A stretch of DNA of 63,217 bases, filler included, from Atractiella rhizophila (lineage: Eukaryota): the NCBI GenBank assembly GCA_021432655.1. It is 3 parts of 3 records of this genome, joined end to end, with 100 filler letters (N's around TTAATTAATTAA, not from the genome) between each part and the next. Parts side by side here need not be neighbours in the genome. Positions count along the whole stretch, not along the records: positions 22,312 to 44,438 come from MU271820.1; 2 more parts are not named here. The stretch is one strand, 5' to 3'. A model generated the notes under the pieces. That model saw only the letters and a program-made list of their open reading frames with translations. It was not told the DNA's origin and made no database searches. Within the stretch, counting starts at the first letter, position 1. Each line of letters opens with the position of its first letter. A program made the position numbers and the translations under genes. Of the stretch, positions 26,004 through 36,963 are shown piece by piece.

Positions 26004-26842
26004 TCAGGCATCGAACAAATTCGAGTCAAAGTCAACATCTTCATCATTCGTCTTACTTTTCGACGCCTGGCCAGCGATTACAAGACCCTCCTTCCTTTTT
26101 CTCTCCCTCCTTGCTCCCTCGTCTTCCCACTCTTCCATATCCCCATCTCCATTAGTAGCAGCGATGACTCCTTCTAAAGCGGTTTGTAAACGTTGGATCC
26201 TGTCCCATCCCTCCTTCAACCTCCTGTTTCCTTCTTCCACCAACCTATCCATCACATCCTCCCTAATCATCCATTTTCCATCGATTATGAGGGGTATATC
26301 CAGATGTCGCGGGGCGAGCCTGTCATTCCATCACGGTATCATCCATCCGGCTGTTCATACAGGCTGGGATAGAGTTGATGGACGGACCGGAGGGCTATTC
26401 GAACAGGTTTGTCGTGCGAGAAGGAGAGAGAAGGAATGAGACCGGAATCTTTCCAGCCCGCTTTCGATATAGAAGCATGGAGGACCTTGAGTGCGGAAGT
26501 CATGCAATCCGCGGTGAGGTGAACGACGGGAGGATCGTATCTCAGATCGACATTTTCTACCTCTTCTTCCTCATGGTCGTAACTGGGAAGATGTTGGGCA
26601 AGGCTAGAGGCATCGGCGATTATGTCGTGAGAGACAAAAGCGAATCCTTTGCCTTTCTGGTTGGAATGGGTAGACAAGACGAGCCTTCCTGAGCATGAGG
26701 AGGTGGTGAAGTACGACGGGGAGGAGTTGAGCGTATCGATCAAAGGCACGAATCGCTCATCGACAGAGTTCTTTGGGGACTTGTCGTGCTCCTGTTGCAG
26801 CGATGACAGTGCCGAAGCTTTGAGCGAAGAGAACATGGACAT
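26004..26842 (-). CDS. TYW3: tRNA wybutosine-synthesising methyltransferase Tyw3, spliced
   Basis: DKSPKNSVD...LIDTLN...YFTTSSCSGR, FVSH, GWKDSG, ALR, LDIPL, N..L...WDRIQRL. Confidence 0.9.
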
Positions 26843-26866
26843 CGTTGCTGTTCGCTCTTCCGTTGA

Positions 26867-26874
26867 CACGTGAC
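26867..26874. promoter_or_regulatory. CACGTGAC E-box in the TYW3/UPF0052 divergent promoter
   Basis: Exact octamer in a 153-bp intergenic gap. Confidence 0.45.
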
Positions 26875-26995
26875 AGTGCTTTATTAATTCCAGCTGCAGC
26901 TACGCTGTAACTTGAATAGATTTCATTCTACGACCGAAAGTAGCTTTAACTCTGACTGTGTCATAAATTATATAGCGACTGCTTTCGACGGATAC

Positions 26996-28818
26996 ATGAC
27001 GCGCTCTCTTAACTGGGTTCTCGTAGGCGGCGGGACCGGCGCAAACAGCGTGCTAGACGCCTTCCTGAGGCTTTCGTCCTCTTCCGACGCTGGGAACTTG
27101 AAAGGAGAAGGAGATCGAGAGGGAGGACGGATTGACTTCGTGTTGCCCATCAGCGACAATGGAGGCAGCTCAAGCGAGATAATACGTGTCCTGGGTCTGT
27201 CTTCCTTGACCAATTTTGGCCCTTCAGAGCATTGACTCTGTTTTTATGACCGCAGGTGGACCCTCCCTAGGCGACATTCGCTCCCGTCTCGTCAGGCTCA
27301 TACCGAACACCACCATATCCCTCCGCCGAATTCGTGGCCTCCTCGAATATCGCCTTCCAGCTACGGATGATAGTCGAGCGTTGAAAATGGAGTGGATGGA
27401 CATATTGGAAGGAAGGCATCATCTCTGGGAAGGGATAGAGGATGAGAAGAAGGAAGTCATCCGTTCTTTTCTAGGCATGCCTCTTTCCCATTTAGTCTAT
27501 CGCATAATTTGACGAGAATTCAGTCCAGTTCGAACACTCTATCCTCGCACGCGCACACAAGGGCTTTGACTTCAGGAACGGCAGTATCGGTAACTTCTTC
27601 CTCTGCGCCATGCAGATGTTCTTTCGCTCCGTTCGTCAACCCTAACCGTTCCATCGATCTGATTCACAACCCGACAGATCCAATCCGCCATCTTCCTCTT
27701 CACTTCGATCACATCGATCCCAGATCATATAAGGGTCATACCTTGCATCTTCTCCAACTCAATCTGCACTATCGCAGCCGAGTTATCCGGTTTGCGCTAA
27801 TCCACTCCATCTTCCTGTCCTCATTATGTGGGGGGAAGGAAAGACGGCAGCACCATCTTAGGGCAATGCGAAATCTCACATCCGTCTACCAAGCCTTTAA
27901 AGCATCCCCCACCCCCTCATCCAGCAACAATAAGCCACTTCAAACCTATCTCCCGTTCTTTCACACCTACCATCCCCAACTTCTTTTTGGGTAGCGGGGA
28001 CGACGATCCCTTTGGCGAGGAGCGCTCTCAGTCTCCGGTGCATGAGAGGGGGAACGCCAATGGAACGCGGACACCTGGGAATGTTGTATTTAGTAAAGAG
28101 GAAGAAGAAGCGGACGGGGAAGAGGATAGGATAGAAAGGGTATTCTACATTAATCAGTTCGGGCAGGAGATTGAGCCTCGTCCCAATGGTGACTTTTTGA
28201 CCGCTCTCTCACACAGCGATGCGTAAGTCTCTTCCCGCCCTCTTGTATGACCTAGGTTGAATGTTAATGGATGAACGGTCGGAATACAGCCTGCTATATT
28301 CTTGTGGATCCCTCTTCACCTCCCTGCTGGCATGCCTCACGCTTCGCGGCGTGGGCCGAGCGATATTAGAAGCGAGCAAATTGAAGTACAAGATCTTGTT
28401 ATTGAATACAACCATGGATCGGGAGACGAGGGGGTTAGAGGATGCCGTTGATGTTTTGATCTGCTTGAAGCGGGCTATGGATGATGAAGTCGGCAACGGG
28501 GAGGTGAAGAAGGTGGAGATAAAGGACCTCGTGTTTGTTTTTCCTATCAATCAAAAAGAGGCTTGAAGGAGCTGAATTACCATTTTATGGAAGGACGCAC
28601 ATGCTTTATTTCGAGGATGGGGAGATACGAGTTAATGTGGGGCAAGTAGAGGCAAGTTTTTCTTCTCTGGCTTTCCACCGAAAAGATTGATCATTATGAT
28701 TATGGGGCAGTCGTTTGGCGTCAAGTGTGTTCGCTTGCCTTGGACGGGAAAGGGCAGGCCTAAGTTTGATGATGTGAATGTGGAGGAAGGATTGAGGAGG
28801 CTGCTTGCTAACGACTAG
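26996..28818 (+). CDS. UPF0052/CofD-like family protein (yeast YNL011C-like), spliced
   Basis: GGGTGANS, VLPISDNGGSSSEIIRVLG|GPSLGDIRSRL, FDFRNGSIGNFFL, GQCEISHP, IERVFYIN, LLYSCGSLFTSL, KILLLN...DRET. Confidence 0.9.
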
Positions 28819-29250
28819 AGAGGAAAGATTGCAGATTCCGTGGAGGGGAATGAGGATGATAATATATAGTATTGCAGAAGATTGTGTAATATAACAAACT
28901 ACACAAGAGACGCTTAACAGCACTCTCCAAATCAGATTAATACGTACCGTAGACTGGATATTTAGAAACCGCTTGTCAGCTCTCGACTCTCGAGAAGTTG
29001 GTCAACAGGATTGCCTTGATCGAGGACTCGAGTCATGTCTACAACAAGTGGCAAATCCAACCCAGTAGAGTATAGGAGGAACGTAGAATTGCTCGTTGGA
29101 GAGGTGTGGTTAAAAAGGTGTGTCACCCCGCAAAGTTGACCGTGAGGAGGCATTGAGCATGTTCTGGCTGCTTGGGCAGAGTTACCGTGCTGCTTACTTA
29201 GGCATATACCCAAGCATCTTAATGCTGCTTGCCGTTTACTTATAACTCAC

Positions 29251-30819
29251 ATGGCGCTGCAATCGCTCCCACCGGAGGTATTCGATCTAATTCTTGTGCA
29301 ACTATGCGAGGACGACACACTGTCCATCAACTACCTGTCCGATTTACGCCTAACCTCTCACCTATTCGCTCTCCACCTTGCTCCTCAGATTTTTCGTCGC
29401 CCTATTCAGATCAATAGGACATGGTCGGATACTTTAAACGACCTGGAACCGGGTCTCAAACGATCTTACTTCATTGACTTCCCCGACAGAATCGCCTGGT
29501 TACGCTTCCTCAAGTTCGGTCAGAGCGAGAGCATGGAGAGCAGCCTTTATTTCGTCGAGCTAGTGGAAAAAGCGACCAACGTGAAGGCGCTGAGATTTTG
29601 CTGGGGTATGTCGGAATATTACCCTGGGCCATTCAGTTTCCCTGCACATCTCGTGGAAGGGCTCCGTAGTCTGTCTATCTACATTGACCCGGAAACTTAC
29701 GAAGCCTTGAATTCCGAGAAGAAGATTGAACCCTGCATCGCTAACCTGTCCTCGCTCCTCCACCTTGAACATTTTCTGTTCGACGACAGGGAGCTGTATG
29801 GCAAAAAGCGCATGCTTTCACGCTGCCTCAAGAAAGGACCGCTCCAGTCCTCCCTTCAATCTCTCTCGGTGTACGGAATCAGCCCCAAACTCTTTAATGA
29901 TTCCTTTGCCATTTCTTGGGACACGCTTACATCACTGCAGATGGAGGAGTACGTGAATCGAGACCACCGATGGATCGACGAAACTCTCGCACAGTGTAGT
30001 CACCTACTTCAACATCTCGATCTTACCTTTGAGACTTTCAAATCTCTCCCATCGATGCCACGTCTACGTTCTGTCCTGCTCGTTTATGAAGGGGTCGAAG
30101 CTGAAATGCCTATTTTTGAGAAGTTCTTCCCACTAATATTCCATTCTTCCGAGCTGAAATGCATGTTCCTTACGCGGTTCGGAACTGAAGCTGCGTGCGG
30201 TAACCTAGACAGGAATGATGAGCGACTTGGGATTGAGGACATACGTCTGGAGGACTGTACAGGTGACATTCCAACCTTGCTTCGCTGCTTATTGAAGAAC
30301 GGCAGCGTCAAGTGTTTGGAATTCGAGGGGGATGAAACCATCGAGCCGTGGAAGGCGATTATCGATTCAGTGCACGAGGGATTGCAGGAGCTCATGTTTT
30401 GGTCAGTTGAGGAAGAGATGCCAGAGCTCCTGCCTGCCCTCGCGAAGTGTAGACATCTTTACGCTATTTCGGCTGACTTTGCGGGAGGCGTGGACGACCT
30501 CCTTTTCAACGATACATCTCTCACCGTAAAATACCTCTTCCTCAACTTCCCCGGCGCGGATGCAGTACAGGATTTTGTGAATACAGTGACAAGGGACAGA
30601 TTCCCAGATCTGATTGGAGTATACGCTTCGTATCCAGACGTCGAAACGATGTATATCCCGGACCAGCTCTTCTACGAGCTCACCTCGAGCGAAGAACGGA
30701 AGCTGGAGTGGAGAGAACGAATCGACGGGGTCGTGGGATTGTCCAAGATAGAACCGCGTTTTGGAGCGGAGGATGTTTCGGGTCTACGACGGGGATTGAG
30801 GTTGGAGTACTACTGTTAG
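29251..30819 (+). CDS. Intronless F-box/LRR-like protein (522 aa)
   Basis: N-terminal LQSLPPEVFDLIL...LRLTSHLF F-box-like motif followed by LxxLxL repeats (LRSLSI, LQSLSV, LTSLQM, LQHLDL). Confidence 0.75.
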   Translation: MALQSLPPEVFDLILVQLCEDDTLSINYLSDLRLTSHLFALHLAPQIFRRPIQINRTWSDTLNDLEPGLKRSYFIDFPDRIAWLRFLKFGQSESMESSLYFVELVEKATNVKALRFCWGMSEYYPGPFSFPAHLVEGLRSLSIYIDPETYEALNSEKKIEPCIANLSSLLHLEHFLFDDRELYGKKRMLSRCLKKGPLQSSLQSLSVYGISPKLFNDSFAISWDTLTSLQMEEYVNRDHRWIDETLAQCSHLLQHLDLTFETFKSLPSMPRLRSVLLVYEGVEAEMPIFEKFFPLIFHSSELKCMFLTRFGTEAACGNLDRNDERLGIEDIRLEDCTGDIPTLLRCLLKNGSVKCLEFEGDETIEPWKAIIDSVHEGLQELMFWSVEEEMPELLPALAKCRHLYAISADFAGGVDDLLFNDTSLTVKYLFLNFPGADAVQDFVNTVTRDRFPDLIGVYASYPDVETMYIPDQLFYELTSSEERKLEWRERIDGVVGLSKIEPRFGAEDVSGLRRGLRLEYYC

Positions 30820-30989
30820 TAGCTAGCTTCTCTTTCCCGCCATGGTCACTGATTGGTGAACACAGAACATGAGCGCTGAAGTTTGTAGAGGAGTATGATT
30901 TATACATGAGCTGCGTCCGATGTACATGAAGATCTGAGGAGCTCAACAAGAATAAAGACCATCTTGATACACTGGCACACAGCTCTTTA

Positions 30990-31790
30990 AATCACACCTT
31001 CTGCACGAAGTCGCTTGAAGGGTAGTACGCATTGCCGACGAAAGTTCAGAACCAAGAAACTGGAGGCAGGTGAGTGTATTCCAGGAAGGAGCAAAATAAT
31101 CGTTCATGAGTATCCAATTGATTCCGTAGTTTGTGAGGGAACGAAGAGGAGACTGAAATGGACTTTGCTGGCAACGGTGACAAAGCGTAAATCAGTGCAA
31201 TCATACTCGGCATTTTACCTTCGAATAGCAAATGTTTGAGGCAAAAAGCGACGATAAATTGGCCATTGCTTGTACTCCTTGTCATTATCAGCAAAGTATA
31301 AAGAGGGACAGATAAGATCTCATGCTAAAGTGCTGGGAACACAAATGACCTGCCAGAAACACCACCAAAACGAAGAGCCCCCACATTCTTGGTTTCTCGA
31401 CCCGGTTCAAGAAGTAATGAGCACCCTGAATAGGTCTGCTTTCATCAAACTTTAGAAACCGCAGCCATTCGAATCTCTCAAAAATCAACGAAGTATGACG
31501 CTTTGAGCCCATAGTCGTATGTCTTGTTGAGATACGACCATATTGTATTTCCTCCCACACCGCGTCACAAGAAGAGGGGAGCCAGGTGGAGTGACCTAAG
31601 CAGCTGCAGCAGAGCATCAATGGAACTTCAGGCCGGAGACATAGCAGCCCCATGTACTTTCGTAAGCAAGCTGGGGCACAGTAGTAGGATACTTAGGCCT
31701 ATCCCAGGATATGGATCAGCTTCGCGAGACTGGCGCTAGCATAACCGGATTGTACTGAATCAAATGCACTTCTTGGACTGCAGCCTGAGT
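30990..31790 (-). pseudogene. Frameshifted, truncated paralog of the adjacent F-box gene, in convergent orientation
   Basis: GLKASYFVDF*, WLRFLKFDES...YFLNRVEK and LKHLLF align with GLKRSYFIDF, WLRFLKFGQS...YFVELVEK and LEHFLF of 29251..30819. Boundaries are approximate. Confidence 0.75.
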
Positions 31791-32027
31791 AGTACCAGTC
31801 AGGTTTAAAGGCGAGCAGTTCAGTGCATAAAGAACACGCTCAGGGGATATTCGAGGCGTCCGCTTGCAATGACTTGAATGGGGAAGATTCAGATTGAGCA
31901 GTCAACAAAAACACGGAAAGAACTGAAAGGGAAAATTCGATACAGAGTTCACTATGTTGAAGAGCTCACGACTAACGTATCAGACTCGCAGCCAAACCTC
32001 GCGTCAAATCGTCTGCAAATGCTTGCT

Positions 32028-33410
32028 GATGATGATGATGATGATGATGATGATATCCATTAACAGAGCTTTTTGCGACCTACGGGTCATGAAGCTCTCC
32101 ATCGTGATTTAGTAACGTTACAAGCGCCGGGAAACCATTCTCTGCCTCCTCTCATCCCCGACTCCCTCCTTCTCCCCTTCCTGCTTCTTCCCGGCTCTTC
32201 ACGGGGAAAGGGCACCCATTTAAAGTAAACTCCTGAGATGGCTATTTGAGGGTCAAGGCTCCCTAACATGAGAGGTGTTGACGAGACGTGCTGATCTGTG
32301 GCCACCAAGTATCAGAACGCAATTTAGAAAGATAAGAAGCAAAACAAAACTAATAATAACACATAAAGTACACTGTTGTACAAGCAGAAGAGGAGAAATT
32401 ATTGAAGAAATGTGGAGTGACGTTGAAAACTTAAAGTAAAGAACTAAGAACGCTTAGCTTGTTCGGGCTCGAGAGGGGGCATTAGCCTATACCCTCCCGA
32501 GCCTGTTCCGAACGTTTGGCGTCGTGGTTGGCCTTCTTGTAACGAAGGATCCGTTCCGTAGAGCGAGCATGCCATGAGAACCTGCCCGTAGCCCTGATGA
32601 ACTTCCATAGCGGAGGGAGAGCGTCGGGGTTGGCGAGCAGCGAGGCGTTACTTGTGATTCTGATACCTCCTTTAGCCAGCGTCGCCTTGAGGACTTCCCG
32701 GTGGCGTTTGTATTTCCTACAAAATTGCAGATAGTGCTTTACAGTTTCACGAGAGCAACAGTGCTCACAAAGAGGGGACTCCTGCACCGTTCTGCGGTGC
32801 AGGTAGTCCCCGAGTCCCACGTGTCCCGACCTGAGCTGGAAAACTACCGAAGCGACTGGACGAGGGAGGCTTGCTAGCATCTTGTATGTCTTGCTCGAGG
32901 AGAGTTCGCCTCTAGCTTTAAGGTGGTGTTTGCCTGAGACGGGAGGGTGTTCTGGGCTGGGAGGGGAATAGGCACGGATGGCGGCGGAGAGATTGGAGGG
33001 GCTGAACGGAAAGGGATATGGCGGAGGGATGTCGTTCCTCTTTGTAGCTCCTTTGGCTAGATTGTCGACGAGCTCGTTTCCCTCGATTTCCAAGTGACCA
33101 GGGATCCACTGGAGACGGAAGCGCACTTCTGGCAGGAGATTGGAAATAGTACGGAAGCGAGAGTGGATGTCCAGTTGGATGTGCTGTCCCGGGCGATTCT
33201 TGGTGTGACCTTCTAGCGCCTTGATTGCGCTCTGGCTGTCCGAGAAGATGATCACATTCGGAGGGATGTCCTCATCAAACTGAGCTATCCGACCAAGGGC
33301 GATGCGGATCCCCGTGAGTTCCCCTTCAAAGACTGAGTTGCGATTCGAATCCCCTATCCTGATCACCGAATCCCATCCTGATTCCACCTCCAGTGCCGCC
33401 GCCGCCAGCC
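32028..33410 (-). mobile_element. 5'-truncated non-LTR retrotransposon (Tad1/I-like LINE): RNase H, CCHC finger, 3' UTR and (ATC)9 tail
   Basis: ORF 32482..33387 has GELTGI, IFSDSQSAI, LQWIPGH..IEGNELVD.LAK, QLRSGH and CEHC...ETVKHYLQFC. (GAT)9 lies at 32028-32054. An exact 15-bp TSD CTGCAAATGCTTGCT flanks it at 32013-32027 and 33411-33425. Confidence 0.95.
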
Positions 33411-33834
33411 CTGCAAATGCTTGCTCCTGCTCTGGCTTCCTGCTTCAGCACGTCGTTCAACCAGTTTGTGTACTGTGGCCAGGCTGATTAAGCGTTAACT
33501 TGGCTTGGACGCAGTGCTGTTCTCTGACATGATGGCGGACAAGGGACTGCAGATTGCATTCGATGCACAACTATGGGACATTATCTAGGGAGAATCAGCA
33601 CCTTGAAATAAGAATCAGTGATAGGATAGTCAAACCATGTCAATGTGCTTCCGGGAGGGAGTCATTGCAGTCATTTGCCGCTTTAAAAGAAGCTGGTCGA
33701 GATGCATCTGTCTCCAAAGGTCAATCTTTCATTCTCTCCAAATTGTTACTTGAAGTCGAGCATTGCTGTTTTTTCAAAACTCTTTACAAGTGCCAAAGTT
33801 CAGGTTTTGTCTAGCCATCTGATCAGCTAACCCA

Positions 33835-34986
33835 ATGCTTCACAGGATGGCTACCGTCCCAAGGGTCTTCCCTAACGAGATATTCAAAAGTATTCTAAGG
33901 CATTTGTCGCAAACGGACCCTTCTTCCCTTCTCCGTGCTAGCCTAGTCTGTCGAGATTTCCTAGACATCAGCAGGAGCGAATATTTTCATCACTTCATCA
34001 CTTTCCGCCAATTTGCTAAAAACGACGAGGCTAGTTTGAATCACTTGCGAGCCTTGCTCGAATCGCCGTTGCAGACATTGCACAGATACTTCAAGTGCCT
34101 CAACGTCGCGCAATGGTCCAGTTCCAGTCCTGGAGAAGGTTATGACATTTTCGGCCTTGCGAGCGTTCTTGATTTGACAGGTTTGAAGATCAGGGACACT
34201 TACGTGAACTGTGATGAAAGCTTACATGGCGGATTTCCTAACCTCGCTTCTTTTCATGCGGAGGGAATCAGGTGGAGATTCGACGATTTGGCCGATTTTG
34301 CACAACATCATCCTCTCATCAAAGACCTCCATTTTGTCCGATGCAGCTTCTATCGTCCCAGGGAAAAGATGCGAAATAAAGTTCTTGTAAATCTACGGCG
34401 ATTTGGAAGTCGGCTGGAAGACCTCGAGATCTCCCAGACTGCTGCCAGTGTCATTTTTGACGGCTTGTTACCTCACTCTCAGATCGACAGTCTCAAATCT
34501 CTCAAACTTACCGATCCCTTCGACGGTAGTGTAGCTAAAGAGGAAGATGATCAACTTGCCGTTCAGACCTTCTTCAAACGACAAGGCGCTACGTTACTCT
34601 CGCTTGAGGTTCGCCAGACCTGGTCTCGCAGCTACGAAACAGAAGGCTGGTTCACACATCTGCGTGATTATCTGCCAAGAACATCGTTGGAAGAGGTTAT
34701 TTTCTGGTATGCAAGGGGCAGAGGCTATGCAAGCGGCAAAGGGAGCGAGCATGACTTTTTCAACGAAGACTTCTTTGGGGATTGGGACTGTCCCACACTC
34801 AAACAATTCACGTTGAAGCATTTCGAATGGACACAGAAGGTGCTAGATTCCATGAAAAAGAATATCACCAGAAAGAAGTTCCCGACTCTAAAGAAGATCA
34901 CCTTTGAACATGATGGAAACTGGAATTTGGATGGGGATGCGCTTCTGGGACATTTTGCGGACATAGGGATAGTGGTCAAGATATAG
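33835..34986 (+). CDS. Intronless F-box/LRR-like protein (383 aa)
   Basis: FPNEIFKSILRHL...LLRASLVCRDF F-box motif, then FPNLASF, LEDLEI, LKSLKL and FPTLKKI leucine-rich repeats. Confidence 0.8.
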   Translation: MLHRMATVPRVFPNEIFKSILRHLSQTDPSSLLRASLVCRDFLDISRSEYFHHFITFRQFAKNDEASLNHLRALLESPLQTLHRYFKCLNVAQWSSSSPGEGYDIFGLASVLDLTGLKIRDTYVNCDESLHGGFPNLASFHAEGIRWRFDDLADFAQHHPLIKDLHFVRCSFYRPREKMRNKVLVNLRRFGSRLEDLEISQTAASVIFDGLLPHSQIDSLKSLKLTDPFDGSVAKEEDDQLAVQTFFKRQGATLLSLEVRQTWSRSYETEGWFTHLRDYLPRTSLEEVIFWYARGRGYASGKGSEHDFFNEDFFGDWDCPTLKQFTLKHFEWTQKVLDSMKKNITRKKFPTLKKITFEHDGNWNLDGDALLGHFADIGIVVKI

Positions 34987-35639
34987 TCAGACGACAAATC
35001 TTGGACTAAAACGCAACTTATATAAACGAAATCTATCACATTTCAGTTGAATCAGTTTGTAGAAAGTTTTTGGCTCATTCCCTCTGTCGCTGCCGGATAT
35101 TCGTGTGAGCGCGTAAGCTGCTGCGTCGACGCAGCTGAGATTTTTTAGATACTCATTACAGGTGCCTGTACGGTACTTATTGCGGTCATACAACAGGTCG
35201 TTCAGCGTTCAGGCGTGTTGGACTTTGCTTGCTGGTGCATTCATTAAGAAGAAGAACCCTGCCAGTGGTTACAGCGAACTAAGTTCAAAGCGTCACACGA
35301 ATTAACAGCAAGGCACACGTCGAACCTACAGTGTCCGACCGAGTAAAAGAAATCTCTTTACAGAGGCTCACCAAAGTATTCTCGTTAATTAACAACTCTA
35401 GAATACCCTCAGAAAAGGTGGACCTCGGCAATCTGAAAACAGACTTCACGATCAAAAGAGATAGAATGAAGGCTGAATGGGGCTGAAAGAGGAGTTCCCC
35501 AAAGCCCCCAAAATTGTACAGGATTCAAATCGTTTTCCAGTATTTATATGTCTTCACTGACAAACTAGTCTCTCCGTTATGAAATTTATATCAGTCCTAG
35601 CTATCAAGCTTTCCCTACTTGAATAGCAGTCGAGTGATC

Positions 35640-36963
35640 ATGCTTCTCCTTCTCCTCCCTGCCGCCTTCCTTCCTTCCTCCCAAGCACAAGTAGATTCGT
35701 CGTCGATACTCAAGAATGGCGGCTTTGATGAGAATGGCTCCGTTCTCGATCCCTGGAGTTGTACTTGGGTTGGTAACAATCAAGCGAATTCGACGTGTTG
35801 TGGCGTGGACCTCGCGGGACCACAGACCTTCGCGCGGGACGGTACACTTTCTCTCTTTCACCTTCTTGTAGGATGTTAATTTGTGTCTGTTCGCGGTGGC
35901 TGGAGGAGGCCAGGGAAACGCATTCGTTTTTCAAGACTGTAAAATCTCACAACCTGTCACTCCGCTTCACGAAGGAGCCACGTATCTATTGCAATGTGGG
36001 CGGCATCCACCTTATACGCCAAACTAAAGAAAATTGAACAGATTATGCATATTGCATTGACTGTGAAAGTACGACAGCTGAAATAGACGTAGTCTTTGGA
36101 GGTATGGAGCTACGTGACAATGCCCAAGAGGGGAGTGTAAAGGCGGGTTCGTCTATGACTATCAAATCTATCCTCCTCTCAGCTCTCATTAACTATGGAT
36201 GATCGCAGGCCCATATTTCAAGTTCACCCACTCTGTGAACGCAACTGGTGATCCTCAGACCCTCTCCTTCAGCTTTCCCTCTGTTGGCGCATTACGCGTA
36301 GACAGCGTGTCGCTTACGCTTCTGAGGGAGAATGGAAGCGGTGAAGGAGGAGGAGGAAGCAACGTTGGCTCAATAGCTGGAGGTCGACTTCTCCCTTATC
36401 GCGGGATCGAAAACTGATTCCTGTGATGGGCAGGTGTGATTGGAACGCTGGCCGGGGTAGCACTCTTGGCCGTTGCTGGGTGGTTATGGCGTCGGCGCAT
36501 GACATCTCAAAGTATAACAGGTGCCGGTGTGGAAAAGTGTATGCCGTTATCTTTACCCTTTCCCGTTCCAGATTTCCCTCGAATGCTTAGTGCTGATAAG
36601 AAAATTTATAGTAAATGTCTTGTCTCCTCCTCCTCCTACCATCAATACCGTCACTTTTTCCACCGCTGCAACCACAAGCAACGATTGGAACCATGATTCT
36701 GCTGAAGGTGGGGTGTATCCTAACAAGAGGCATACTGGTTATGCACAGAGCTCTGGCTTGTCGCCCGGTGGAGACATGGCGTGGACTACACCTGGAGTAA
36801 GTCGACCGGAATACGTGGGTCCTTCGCCTCGTTTACCTTTCTGTCAAACCTGAACACCATCTGGCGACAGCTCCCAGAAGTGCAGGAGGCCACGAGGAAC
36901 TTGAACCAGCCGGACGTGTATCCCATGTATTCACGGGAGAAGCAGGATAGGTTCTCGCATTGA
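35640..36963 (+). CDS. Type I single-pass membrane protein with signal peptide, spliced
   Basis: Signal peptide MLLLLLPAAFLPSSQA, ectodomain beginning ILKNGGFD...PWSC, juxtamembrane NVGSIAGG|VIGTLAGVALLAVAGWLWRRR and a cytoplasmic tail. Internal exons are approximate. Confidence 0.65.

Noticed and set aside
31878..32063. ORF ending in poly-Asp
   Set aside because: The (GAT)9 run is the antisense of the LINE 3' tail, adjacent to the TSD.
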